A stretch of 64,000 nucleotides of DNA. Origin: an uncultured delta proteobacterium (GTDB lineage: Bacteria; Myxococcota; B64-G9). Position 1 is the first letter of the stretch. Each line of letters opens with the position of its first letter. Below the pieces are notes generated by a model that did no database searches, was not told the DNA's origin, and saw only the letters and a program-made list of their open reading frames with translations. A program made the position numbers and the translations under genes. The DNA lies in the NCBI GenBank assembly GCA_963754925.1, contig CAVWHX010000003.1, forward strand, positions 224,001 through 288,000. The letters run 5' to 3'. Of this stretch, positions 1 through 9,911 are shown piece by piece.

Positions 1-1809
1 TGTAGGATTTCCGGTTATTCCGCTGAGGAACTGGAGGGACAATCCATACGAATTGCCTACCGTGACGACGAAGAGTTTGCGCGAGTGGGAAAGATTCTTT
101 CTGAACAAGTTGCACAAAACGGAGTGGGAATCGCGGAGGCCCACCTCAAGCTCAAGAATGGTCAGGATGTCGAGGGCTTAGTTTGCATGAGTCCCCTTGA
201 TCCGCGGGATCCATCGGCTGGTGTTGTGGCCAGCCTTGTCGATATCACCGAGCGTAAGCGAGCCGAGGAAGCTCTTGAAAAGGCCAACGACCTCCTCAAT
301 GCCATCATTGACGCCGCACCGACCGCCATCATGGCACTGGATCTTGATGGAAAAGTGCACACGGTATGGAACAAGGCGGCTGAGAAAATGCTCGGCTTTA
401 GCGCTCAGGAATCGATAGGTCATGTGCTTCCGCACATTACGGAAGTAGAAGAAAGAGAAGAGGCTGAGCAGGTGCGCCACCAGATCCATCAAGGAAAAAC
501 CTTGAACGGCGTTGACGTGCGGCGCAAGAAACGCGACGGCACACCCATCGATTTAAGCATCTACGGTTCTCCCTTGCACGATGCGCAAGGCAAAATTACC
601 GGCAATGTCGCGGTGCTGGTGGATATCACCGAGCGCAAGCGCGCCGAGAAGGAAAAAGCCAAGCTTGAGGACCAATTGCGCCAAGCGCAAAAGATGGAGG
701 CTGTCGGTCGCTTGGCCGGGGGCGTGGCCCATGATTTCAACAATATGCTGGCCGTCATCATAGGGTACACGAATTTGATAAAAACCCAGCTTTCCGCGGA
801 TGAACCTATGCTGAAGGATATCCTCGAGATCGAACGGGCCGCCACTCGCTCCCGGGACATCACCTCTCAATTGCTGGCCTTTTCCAGAAAGCAAACCATT
901 AAGCCCAAGGTTCTGGATCTCAACGATATCGTCATGAGGACGCAACGAACACTGGCGCGCCTCATCGGCGAGGACATCGAACTGAAATTCTGTCCAGGAA
1001 AAGACGTCTGGAGGGTCATGTTCGATCCCTCTCAGATCGAACAAATACTCATCAATCTTGCCGCTAACGCCCGCGATGCAATGCCCGACGGCGGGAAGCT
1101 AACCATTGACACCGCCAATTACTATCTCGACGACTTGTTTTGCAAACAACATATTGGATTCAAACCTGGACACTATGCGATGTTGGGGATGAGCGACAAT
1201 GGCGTCGGCATGGACAAAGAAACCCTTGCGCACGTCTTTGAACCCTTTTTCACCACCAAAGAATTCGGCAAGGGCACCGGGCTGGGGCTCGCCATGGTGT
1301 ACGGAATCATTAAGCAGAACAACGGATTCATTAACATCTATAGCGAACAAACCCAGGGGACTAGCATAAAGATTTATATACCCCGCAGTATGGAAGAGGA
1401 GAAACCGGAACCGATTGACGTTACGCCCGTGAATCTTCAGTCGGGAACGGTTCTCCTGGTGGAAGACGATGATACGGTACGCCGGATGACCAACAAAATG
1501 CTTAAAGCAATCGGCTACACCGTCCTATCAACGGCAAAACCTCAGGAAGCGCTATCGATGTGCGAAACGTCGGAGGTGCACGTCGATCTGGTGCTGACCG
1601 ACGTGGTGATGCCGCTGATGAGTGGAAAAGAGTTAAGGAACAAAATCGAGGCGCTCCGGCCTGGGATCAAAACGATTTTTATGTCCGGCTATTCGGCAAA
1701 TGTCGTCGCCGAACGTGGTATTCTGGAAGAGGGCGTGTATATCCTTCAAAAGCCTTTCACCATAAACGAGCTTGCGAACAAGATCCGCGAAGTGCTGGGA
1801 AAGCGGTAA
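1..1809 (+). CDS. PAS-domain hybrid sensor histidine kinase/response regulator (5' truncated by window edge)
   Basis: Frame is open from base 1. PAS/PAC motifs (DITERKRAE), H-box AHDFNN, G-boxes DNGVGM and GTGLGL, C-terminal receiver (LLVEDD...TDVVMP...KPF). Confidence 0.93.
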   Translation, partial: CRISGYSAEELEGQSIRIAYRDDEEFARVGKILSEQVAQNGVGIAEAHLKLKNGQDVEGLVCMSPLDPRDPSAGVVASLVDITERKRAEEALEKANDLLNAIIDAAPTAIMALDLDGKVHTVWNKAAEKMLGFSAQESIGHVLPHITEVEEREEAEQVRHQIHQGKTLNGVDVRRKKRDGTPIDLSIYGSPLHDAQGKITGNVAVLVDITERKRAEKEKAKLEDQLRQAQKMEAVGRLAGGVAHDFNNMLAVIIGYTNLIKTQLSADEPMLKDILEIERAATRSRDITSQLLAFSRKQTIKPKVLDLNDIVMRTQRTLARLIGEDIELKFCPGKDVWRVMFDPSQIEQILINLAANARDAMPDGGKLTIDTANYYLDDLFCKQHIGFKPGHYAMLGMSDNGVGMDKETLAHVFEPFFTTKEFGKGTGLGLAMVYGIIKQNNGFINIYSEQTQGTSIKIYIPRSMEEEKPEPIDVTPVNLQSGTVLLVEDDDTVRRMTNKMLKAIGYTVLSTAKPQEALSMCETSEVHVDLVLTDVVMPLMSGKELRNKIEALRPGIKTIFMSGYSANVVAERGILEEGVYILQKPFTINELANKIREVLGKR

Positions 1810-1880
1810 CGGTCATTTCGTCAAAGGCTTGACCCTTACGAATAAGGCCTCGCATCTAAAAACTAACAGGAGGAAGAACG

Positions 1881-2461
1881 ATGAAAACATTGTTAACGAC
1901 TCTTTCGGCTGTCGTGATTGCGGCGCTCTGTTGCGCCGTGGTTGGCTGCAGTAAGGAAAAAACCGCTGCAGATATGATGGGCAGCGCGCCGGCATGGGTA
2001 ACGAAAGGCAGCGGCGCTTTTACCGGTGATCGCGGGAAGGCCTTTTACGGCGTTGGTTCCGCTCCCAAGATGATCGATGCGGTCATGCAGCGCGATCGGG
2101 CGTCAGATCGCGCCCGTCGCGGCATCCTGCAGGTTTTAACACCTACATCGCGTACCTGATGAAGGACTATGCCCGCAGCACCACAGCCGGCGACATGAGC
2201 AACGAGAGCTATGAAGCGGACGTTCTCCAGGTCCAGAAAACCATTTCGATAGGCGACCTCAACGGCGCCCAAATCGTCGATAGCTGGAAGGATCCCGCCG
2301 ATGGCACCATGTACTGCTTAGCGACGTTAGATATGAATGCGGTGTCCGACCTGCTTGCCAGCAAGAAAGAGCTAGACGCCACATTGCGCGACTACGTCCG
2401 TGAGAATGCGACAAAGGCTTTTGACGACATCGAGAAGGAAGAAGCCAAGCGCGGTCGGTAA
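1881..2461 (+). pseudogene. LPP20-like lipoprotein split by a single-base frameshift at ~2133-2137 (probably a sequencing error)
   Basis: Lipobox VVGC, then PAWV and FYGVGS motifs. Adding one T to CAGGTTTTAAC joins ORFs 1881-2159 and 2159-2461 into ...QVFNTYIAYLMKDY. Confidence 0.75.
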
Positions 2462-2505
2462 CCTTCAATCAGAGGCGTCAGCTCGGGGGATCGATCCCTG
2501 CGGCC

Positions 2506-4182
2506 CTATTTCCTCTTAACCCGGGCGCGTACAAACAAAAAAGCGATCACGATAAGGCACAGATAGACAGGCCAATCGCCAAGCGTCTGATAGAGGCTCC
2601 CGCCCTTCATCAGGGGGAGTTTCTCAAGCAGCGTCTCCGGATTGTAGATGTCGGTTTGAGACAGAATCCGCCCGACCGGATCAATAAAAGCCGATATGCC
2701 GGTATTGGTCGAACGCACTAACGCCACGCGGTTCTCGACCGTTCGGAAGATCGCTAACGCGAGGTGCAAATACGGTTCAGCGGTCTTGCCGAACCAGGCA
2801 TCATTGGTGATGTTAATCAGAACATTCGGCTTTTTCGCGGCAATTTTGCGACTAAAAGCCGGCAGGATGTCCTCATAACAAATCATCACGCCAATTTTGA
2901 AATCGCCAAACGGCAACACATCGACCGACTCACCCGGGGTCAAATCGCTCGACTCCGGCAACCAATCATAGAATTGGGGGAAGAAACCGCCGAGCGGGAT
3001 ATGCTCCCCGAACATCAACAAGTACACTTTGTCATACGCGCCAAGAACGGTGCCGTCCTTGTCCAACAGTATAGCGGTGTTGAATACATCGACTCCTGGA
3101 TGGCGCCGCGATCGGTTGTTGGCGTTTTGCCGCCAGGTCTCGGTGCCAAAGAGTAGCGGTGTATTAAAACCGCGTTGGGGAGCGACGCTGCAGATTTCCG
3201 ATGTGTTTAGTTCGCGATCTAAAGCAGCGTGCTCGGGCGGCGGACTTTGGCAGGAAGGGATAAACGCGGCGTCGCGCGGCAATACTCGAAAGCGCTCGAG
3301 GTCGGCATGACCCGAACGCCGAACATACTGCACCGGCGCCCAGTAAGACGTCTCAGGCCACACGATGAGCTGCGCACCCTGTTTCTCAAGCTCAATAGAC
3401 ATGCGTTGGTGCAGAACCAAGTTGTCCTCTATCTTCAGCGGATCTTCCTTCTCCCAAATACCGACGTCGGCCTCAACCAGCCCAATCGTCAAATGGGGCG
3501 CTTCCCGCATCTGCGCATCCAGCATAGCCATGCGCAGCAAACCATAACCGCCCAACATAACCGGAACGCACGCGGCGACCAGAAGCGGCAGCCATGGGCG
3601 CGGGAGGCCGTTGCGGAAGCGCACCCAGCTATCCATCAATAACCCGTTGACCATCACCAACAAGAAACTCAGAAGCGCTACCCCGCCCAGCTCGCAAATC
3701 TGAATGAAGGGGATCACACGGTACTGGGAGTTGCCGTAGTACCAGGGAAAGATAAAATAAATGAGTGCTTCAGCGGCAACATACGTGAGCGGCGCCAACA
3801 ATCCGTATCCCCAGGTGCAGCGTCGTTGAAGTCGAAATAGCAGGTACAACCATAGCCCAAAAACCAGGCCCTGGTAGGCAGCTAAGAGTACGGTGATCGC
3901 CAGTGATAGCCAGGTGGACATATGACCGAAGTCCATCAGCATCCCGCAGATCCAGTAAAAGCTTCCGATATTGTCAACGGTGCCTGCAAACCAACCGATT
4001 AAAAAATGCTGTTTGCCGGTCGTGCCTCGCGCCGACCACAGGATAGGAACCAGCGCCACCCAGGCAAGCGGCCAGAGTCCGGCGCGCGGAAAAGCCAGAA
4101 AGACACCGACACCGCCCAGGGCAGCGATACCAAGCCGAATAACGAGTTGCCGAACGCTCACCGTGGTCGGCTCTGTGATCAT
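2506..4182 (-). CDS. lnt: Apolipoprotein N-acyltransferase
   Basis: Multiple TM helices plus nitrilase-fold motifs VWPET, YDKVYLLMFGE, ICYED, NITNDAWFG, RSTNTGIS. Confidence 0.95.
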   Translation of the reverse strand: MITEPTTVSVRQLVIRLGIAALGGVGVFLAFPRAGLWPLAWVALVPILWSARGTTGKQHFLIGWFAGTVDNIGSFYWICGMLMDFGHMSTWLSLAITVLLAAYQGLVFGLWLYLLFRLQRRCTWGYGLLAPLTYVAAEALIYFIFPWYYGNSQYRVIPFIQICELGGVALLSFLLVMVNGLLMDSWVRFRNGLPRPWLPLLVAACVPVMLGGYGLLRMAMLDAQMREAPHLTIGLVEADVGIWEKEDPLKIEDNLVLHQRMSIELEKQGAQLIVWPETSYWAPVQYVRRSGHADLERFRVLPRDAAFIPSCQSPPPEHAALDRELNTSEICSVAPQRGFNTPLLFGTETWRQNANNRSRRHPGVDVFNTAILLDKDGTVLGAYDKVYLLMFGEHIPLGGFFPQFYDWLPESSDLTPGESVDVLPFGDFKIGVMICYEDILPAFSRKIAAKKPNVLINITNDAWFGKTAEPYLHLALAIFRTVENRVALVRSTNTGISAFIDPVGRILSQTDIYNPETLLEKLPLMKGGSLYQTLGDWPVYLCLIVIAFLFVRARVKRK

Positions 4183-4226
4183 GGGTTCTCTACTTCTTCG
4201 TGGATGGGCTGGTATCGCACAAACCA

Positions 4227-4772
4227 TCACTTCCGTAACGCGCAACCAAAGGTATAACCGCGGTCGAAAGCGTCAAGATTAAGCTTTTCGGTCCCCGGGG
4301 GGACCATGTCAACGACCGATTTTCTTATTGCCGCTAACGTCACCACGTCCGCAAGGGCCGCAAAGAATCCGACCATGACAATATTGAGCACCATTTTATG
4401 CCCAAGCTCCTCGGCCAAGCGCACCGCCGGTATACCAAAAGCCTGCACACCTGCCGGCAGCGCGATGGGCTTGACTAAACTCTCCTCGAAGAGCAGAAGC
4501 GCTCCCGATCGCAGCTCGCTCGCATACTTGTCGTAGGCTGGTTGCGACATAATCATCAACACGTCGGGATTGGTTACGCACGGGTATAAATTTCTGGTTG
4601 TGCTTATCACCACCTGGGCACTGCATGACCCGCCGCGCGCTTCGGGGCCAAACGATTGAGTCAGGGTCGCTTCCTTGCCGTTATAGATCGCTCCGGCGCG
4701 TCCGATTATCTGGCCAGCCAGGATCACCCCTTGGCCGCCGAAGCCGCCGATTTTGATCTCTACCCGGCTCAT
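4227..4772 (-). CDS. korC: 2-oxoacid:ferredoxin oxidoreductase gamma subunit
   Basis: GGFGGQGVIL and FGPEARGG motifs; operon context. Confidence 0.92.
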   Translation of the reverse strand: MSRVEIKIGGFGGQGVILAGQIIGRAGAIYNGKEATLTQSFGPEARGGSCSAQVVISTTRNLYPCVTNPDVLMIMSQPAYDKYASELRSGALLLFEESLVKPIALPAGVQAFGIPAVRLAEELGHKMVLNIVMVGFFAALADVVTLAAIRKSVVDMVPPGTEKLNLDAFDRGYTFGCALRK

Positions 4773-5629
4773 CTATCTGATACCGTCGGATTGGCGCCAA
4801 CGACTTCCCTGCTTGCAGCTCGCAACTCCTTGGTCATAGCTTGCAGCAGCGTGGGCCGTTCGCGATTGACAAAGGTGCCTACCGCAATCGGCCCGCCGAA
4901 CTCGATGTCGAGTGTACGCGTGTCGGCGCCATCGCGCAGCCGAGAATTTTGTTTGTAAAAGCGCATCGTAGCCAAGGCATCCCCCAACCGGTTGTGGCGG
5001 CCATAGATGGTTGGGCAGGGAGCGATGATCTCGACAAAACAAAAACCAGGTTTTATCAGTGCTTCCACCATTGCCCGGGTGAGCTGTTTTACGTGGTAGG
5101 TGGTCCAGCGCGCGACATACACGGCGCCTACGGCATCAACCAGGCTGGGCAGGTTGAATGGTTTCTCAAAAACCCCAAACGGGGTGGTCGTCGAAAGGCT
5201 GTGGAGCGGCGAGGTTGGCGCCACTTGCCCGCCGGTCATGCCATAGGTAAAGTTATTGACGCAAAATACCTTGATATCCACGTTGCGCCGCGCGGCGTGG
5301 ATCAAATGATTGCCCCCAATCGCAACCAGATCACCATCGCCACTAAAAACGACCACCTGCTTTTCCGGTCGGGCAAGCTTCAGCCCCGTGGCGAATGGGA
5401 TCGGCCGTCCGTGGGTCGTATGAAATGAATCCATGCGCAGATAGCCGGCGATGCGACCGGTGCACCCAATTCCTGAGACCACTGCAAGATTGTCAATGTC
5501 GGCGTTCAGTTGGAGCAACGCACGCGCGAAACAACTCACCACGATGCCGGCCCCGCACCCCGAACACCAAATGTGGGGTATGCGATCCATACACAGGTAC
5601 TGTTCGACGGGGTTATGCGGTTGCATCAT
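4769..5629 (-). CDS. korB: 2-oxoacid:ferredoxin oxidoreductase beta subunit (TPP-binding)
   Basis: WCSGCG, SGIGC, HTTHGR, GDGD and YGMTGGQ motifs. Confidence 0.94.
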   Translation of the reverse strand: MMQPHNPVEQYLCMDRIPHIWCSGCGAGIVVSCFARALLQLNADIDNLAVVSGIGCTGRIAGYLRMDSFHTTHGRPIPFATGLKLARPEKQVVVFSGDGDLVAIGGNHLIHAARRNVDIKVFCVNNFTYGMTGGQVAPTSPLHSLSTTTPFGVFEKPFNLPSLVDAVGAVYVARWTTYHVKQLTRAMVEALIKPGFCFVEIIAPCPTIYGRHNRLGDALATMRFYKQNSRLRDGADTRTLDIEFGGPIAVGTFVNRERPTLLQAMTKELRAASREVVGANPTVSDR

Positions 5630-6792
5630 CGATGGAGCCCCTCGATCACCGCGAGCACCTGCAGCGGATCATGAAGGGCGCCGCCGCCGTGCGGCACGAG
5701 CACCACCGGGGCGCGCCCGCCGACGATACGCTCGACCTCGTTGACCACTTGACCGTAATTCATCTCTACCACCACCACCGCCTCGACCTGCTCGGCGAGT
5801 TGCCGCAGGCGACGTTCACCAAACGGCCAGACCACCACCGGACGGAACAGGCCTACCTTGATGCCCTTCTCCCGCGCCAATTCTATTGTTCGCAGAACCA
5901 CCCGCGACGTTATGCCATAGGCAACCACCAAGATCTGCGCGTCCTGGCATTGGTGTTCTTCGGTCATGAATATCTCGTCAGTATGGGTACGGATCTTCTC
6001 GACTAGGCGACGGACGAGCCGCTCTTGCGCTTCGGCGGTCATGACCGGATAGCCGCGCTCGTCATGGGTGAGACCGGTGACGTGAAAGCGGTATCCTTCT
6101 CCGAGCGGAGGCATGGGCGGGACGAGGTCGGCCTCGGGCCGATAGATCGGGTAGTCCGCCTTGGCGCCCACAACGTGCTGGGGGGTTCGGCGTTCGACCA
6201 GCTCGATTTGGTCGGCCGGCGGGATGACCACCCGCTCGGTCATATGCCCTACACTTTCGTCCATCATGACGAACACCGGAACCCGATACCGCTCGGAAAG
6301 GTTGAACGCATGGATGGTGAGATCGAAGCATTCCTGCGGCGAGTTGGGCGCGATAGCGATAATTTCGTAGTCGCCGTGTGAGCCCCAACGCACCTGCATC
6401 ATGTCGCCCTGGCCCGGAAGGGTCGGCAGGCCGGTTGATGGACCTGCTCGCTGAACATCCACCAACACGCAGGGAGTTTCGGTCATGGCCGCCAAGCCCA
6501 CGTGCTCCATCATTAACGATATGCCCGGGCCAGACGAAACGGTCATGGCCTTGAGGCCCCCCCACGCGGCACCCTGAATCGCAATCGACGAAGCGATCTC
6601 GTCCTCCATTTGCAGAAAAATGCCACCCAACTGGGGAAAGCGCTGAGACATGCGCTCGACCACCTCGGTCGAGGGCGTAATCGGGTAACTAAACACAGCC
6701 CGGCAACCGGCTGCAATGGCACCCTCGCAGCAGGCATGATCGCCATCGAAAAAATGGACGCCGGTCAGCACCCCTCGCGCATCAGCCTTCAT
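5626..6792 (-). CDS. korA: 2-oxoacid:ferredoxin oxidoreductase alpha subunit
   Basis: YPITP, QMEDEI, SSGPG and QRAGPSTGLPT motifs; start placed at MKADARG. Confidence 0.94.
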   Translation of the reverse strand: MKADARGVLTGVHFFDGDHACCEGAIAAGCRAVFSYPITPSTEVVERMSQRFPQLGGIFLQMEDEIASSIAIQGAAWGGLKAMTVSSGPGISLMMEHVGLAAMTETPCVLVDVQRAGPSTGLPTLPGQGDMMQVRWGSHGDYEIIAIAPNSPQECFDLTIHAFNLSERYRVPVFVMMDESVGHMTERVVIPPADQIELVERRTPQHVVGAKADYPIYRPEADLVPPMPPLGEGYRFHVTGLTHDERGYPVMTAEAQERLVRRLVEKIRTHTDEIFMTEEHQCQDAQILVVAYGITSRVVLRTIELAREKGIKVGLFRPVVVWPFGERRLRQLAEQVEAVVVVEMNYGQVVNEVERIVGGRAPVVLVPHGGGALHDPLQVLAVIEGLHR

Positions 6793-7063
6793 CGGCTTCT
6801 TCCTCCGCACCAGAGAGCCGCACGCCAAAAATTGCAAAATCAGGACAGTACCATCCGCACAGATCGCACCCCGTACAGGCCTGGGGATTAATAGCGCGCA
6901 CCGGGTGGTACCCGAGGCGGTTGAGGACCGTATCGAGGGCCAGGACCTTCAGCGGGCAAAACTCAACGCACAACCGACACCCCTTGCAACGATCGCGGTC
7001 GGTGAACACCTCCCCGCGAACTGTTTTCGGCCGAACTGACTCCACCGCTAGTGCTTTCTTCAT
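6782..7063 (-). CDS. korD: 2x[4Fe-4S] ferredoxin-like delta subunit
   Basis: CKGCRLCVEFCP and CTGCDLCGWYCP. Confidence 0.9.
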   Translation of the reverse strand: MKKALAVESVRPKTVRGEVFTDRDRCKGCRLCVEFCPLKVLALDTVLNRLGYHPVRAINPQACTGCDLCGWYCPDFAIFGVRLSGAEEEADEG

Positions 7064-7075
7064 ACCTTCTCCCGG

Positions 7076-7954
7076 TCAATGCCCTTGGCCTGCCAAGGCT
7101 GCCTGCATCTGGGCGCCGATATCAGTAGGTCTCTCGGCAACCCGCACGCCCATTTCATTCAGGACGCGGATCTTGTCATCAGCGCTCCCTTCACACGCGG
7201 ATACGATCGCCCCGGCATGTCCCATGCAACGCCCGGGTGGCGCCGTCCGGCCGGCGATATAGGCAACCACCGGCTTGTGTCCGTGCGCTTTGACCCAGCG
7301 GGCGGCGGCCTCCTCGGCCTGACCACCGATCTCACCGATCAGCACCACCCCATCGGTATCAGCGTCAGCCTCGAATAAGGCAAGAGCTTCGATATAATCC
7401 AGCCCCTTGATCGGATCCCCTCCGAGCCCTATGCAGGTGGACTGGCCGATGCCGAGCCGTGATAATTGGTCGACCGCCTCGTAGGTCAAGGTGCCGCTGC
7501 GCGACAACACCCCCACCCGGCCGGGACGATGAATGGCTGTGGGCATAATCCCAACTTTACAGGCGCCCGGCGTGATGATGCCGGGGCAGTTCGGCCCGAT
7601 GAGCACGGTCTTCGAACCGGCTAGGGCATGTTTGACCTTGAGCATGTCCAGGATCGGAATGCCTTCGGTGATACACACCACCAACCGCACGTCGGCATCG
7701 GCAGCTTCGAGAATGGCATCGGCTGCATCTGGCGCCGCCACAAAAATACAGCTCGCATCGGCGCCGGTAGCTCTGACCGCTTGGGTTACGGTATCAAACA
7801 AGGGCAGGTTTTTCCAGGTGGTATGGCCTTTGCCGGGATTGACAGCGCCGACCAACCGCGTTCCGTATTCCCTCATGGCTGCGGCGTGAAATTTGCCGGC
7901 GCTGCCCAAACCCTGAATGATCACCCGGGTCTGTTGGTTGACCAGAATGCTCAC
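7076..7954 (-). CDS. sucD: Succinyl-CoA synthetase alpha subunit
   Basis: GTG start (SILVNQQTRVIIQG) overlaps the sucC stop; GPNCPG, SRSGTLTYE and MGHAGA motifs. Confidence 0.95.
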   Translation of the reverse strand: MSILVNQQTRVIIQGLGSAGKFHAAAMREYGTRLVGAVNPGKGHTTWKNLPLFDTVTQAVRATGADASCIFVAAPDAADAILEAADADVRLVVCITEGIPILDMLKVKHALAGSKTVLIGPNCPGIITPGACKVGIMPTAIHRPGRVGVLSRSGTLTYEAVDQLSRLGIGQSTCIGLGGDPIKGLDYIEALALFEADADTDGVVLIGEIGGQAEEAAARWVKAHGHKPVVAYIAGRTAPPGRCMGHAGAIVSACEGSADDKIRVLNEMGVRVAERPTDIGAQMQAALAGQGH

Positions 7955-9120
7955 GCCACCCCCCTGGCGGCCCGCACCGCCGCCTCGGCCGCTGCCTGCA
8001 TGGTCTCTACCCACACGATCCGAAGCGAGGAGGACTGGAGTATCTCGCGCGCGCGATCGGCATTGGTGCCTTGCAGACGCACCACGAGCGGCACGTTTTG
8101 GATGTTAACCACATGCGCGGCGGCGATTAAGCCCTCGGCGATCACATCGCACTTCACGATGCCGCCGAAAATATTAACCAGCACCGCGGTTACCTGGGTA
8201 TCAGCCAAAATGATCCTGAAAGCCGCGCTCACTTGGTCCACGTCGGTACGCCCACCGACATCCAGGAAGTTAGCCGGCGCGCCACCGCACAGCTTGATCA
8301 AGTCCAGAGTAGCCATGGCAAGCCCAGCGCCGTTGACCAAGCACCCGATGGTACCATCCAGGCGCACGTAGCTCAATCCATGCTGGACGGCTTCAATCTC
8401 CCCCGGATAGTCCTGGTTGACATCGCGAAGCTTTTCTATCTCGGGGTGTCGGAACAGAGCATTGTCGTCAAAGGTCATCTTGGTATCGAGAGCGAGAAGC
8501 GCGCCCGTCGTGGTAACCGCCAATGGGTTGATCTCGAGCAATGAAAGGTCGAGCTCGAAAAATGCTCGATACATACCGGACAGGACAGCGTTTAACTCTT
8601 TGATCTGGCCCTTGGTTAACCCCAATTCGAATCCCATTCGTCGCCCATGGTACGACATGAGCCCGACCAGCGGATGAATCGGCAGCCGGAGGATCTCCGT
8701 GGGATTGATGCGGGCAACAGATTCAATATCGGTCCCCCCCTTGGCGCTCGCAACGATCGTAAGGCACGCCGCGGCCCGATCGAGCACGAGGCCGAGATAC
8801 AGTTCACGCTCAATTTCGTGGACCTGCTCGACCAGCACCGCATCGACCATTTGCCCGCGTAATCCGGTTTGAGCAGTAACCAGCGGTTTGCCAAGCAGAT
8901 GTTCGGCCACCGTAGCCGCTTCGGCTGGGTTTTTCGCTCGTCTCACGCCGCCGGCTTTACCGCGTCCACCAGCATGAATTTGGGCTTTGACGACCACCGT
9001 ACCGCCGAGCTTGGCGGCAGCTTCTCCCGTTGCGACGGAACTGGTGCTGACCATGCCTTGCGGCAGGGGAATGCCATAGCTCGTGAGGATTCGTTTGGCT
9101 TGGTACTCGTGAATCTTCAA
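7951..9120 (-). CDS. sucC: Succinyl-CoA synthetase beta subunit
   Basis: TTG start after GGAGG; KIHEYQAK, GGRGKAGG, NGAGLAMAT, NFLDVGG and NIFGGI motifs. Confidence 0.96.
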   Translation of the reverse strand: MKIHEYQAKRILTSYGIPLPQGMVSTSSVATGEAAAKLGGTVVVKAQIHAGGRGKAGGVRRAKNPAEAATVAEHLLGKPLVTAQTGLRGQMVDAVLVEQVHEIERELYLGLVLDRAAACLTIVASAKGGTDIESVARINPTEILRLPIHPLVGLMSYHGRRMGFELGLTKGQIKELNAVLSGMYRAFFELDLSLLEINPLAVTTTGALLALDTKMTFDDNALFRHPEIEKLRDVNQDYPGEIEAVQHGLSYVRLDGTIGCLVNGAGLAMATLDLIKLCGGAPANFLDVGGRTDVDQVSAAFRIILADTQVTAVLVNIFGGIVKCDVIAEGLIAAAHVVNIQNVPLVVRLQGTNADRAREILQSSSLRIVWVETMQAAAEAAVRAARGVA

Positions 9121-9425
9121 GAGTTCCTCCTGCCCATGCGGGCGTAGTATGTAACGCAAGCCATACCAAACTTGTCAAGCAAAACCAACCAGGAGACAAG
9201 GCCCGAGATATGCCCGGTTCATGACGGCCCCTACCTGACGTGAGGCGAATCCGGCGCCTCGATCGAAGGAGTTCAGTCTCGGCGTATTTTTACTTGACAA
9301 CATTCGGGCTGCCGATGCAAAGGAACTATACCATGGCTTCATAGATTCTGCAGTATGTGTAAAAATAGGTGTTGTGTCGGGTTCATTCAAAAAATACATT
9401 TGCATCGAGAAGGAGAGACGCCCTG

Positions 9426-9749
9426 ATGACCATTTCGATCGAATGCGTGCAATGTGAGGCCGATTTTGAGTATGAAGTTGCGGAGCTGCTTAAGGACCCA
9501 GCGCTGCTGGTATGCCCGAATTGCGGGGCAAAGGCCGACCCTGAGGTCGTTGAAATGGCCATGAGTGCGGTCGATGAGCTGATCACCCATCTCCGACGTC
9601 TGAGGCGCAAGTTTCGATTCTCGATTGTCATGGAGAGCGACGAGCTATCCTCGACCAATACTAACGAGGATTCGTACGCTGAGGAAGAAGACAATCAGGG
9701 AAACCTCTGGAGCGAAGAACCCGAAGAAGAAGATGATGAGGAGGAGTAG
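9426..9749 (+). CDS. Small Zn-ribbon protein with acidic tail (hypothetical)
   Basis: AGGAG upstream; CVQC...CPNC pair; Glu/Asp-rich C-terminus. Confidence 0.75.
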   Translation: MTISIECVQCEADFEYEVAELLKDPALLVCPNCGAKADPEVVEMAMSAVDELITHLRRLRRKFRFSIVMESDELSSTNTNEDSYAEEEDNQGNLWSEEPEEEDDEEE

Positions 9750-9911
9750 CCGCACAGCGAAGCCTCATTTCACCGTGAGCGTCGAATCGCGCGCCGGCGT
9801 TTCTAAAAATCTTTCATTGATAGCTAAAACATTCTGGTGCTCGCTGGTCGGCAACTTGACTTCTTTTCTCACGCACGCCTAACATTCCTCTGTTCAACCG
9901 GAGGTACCTCA

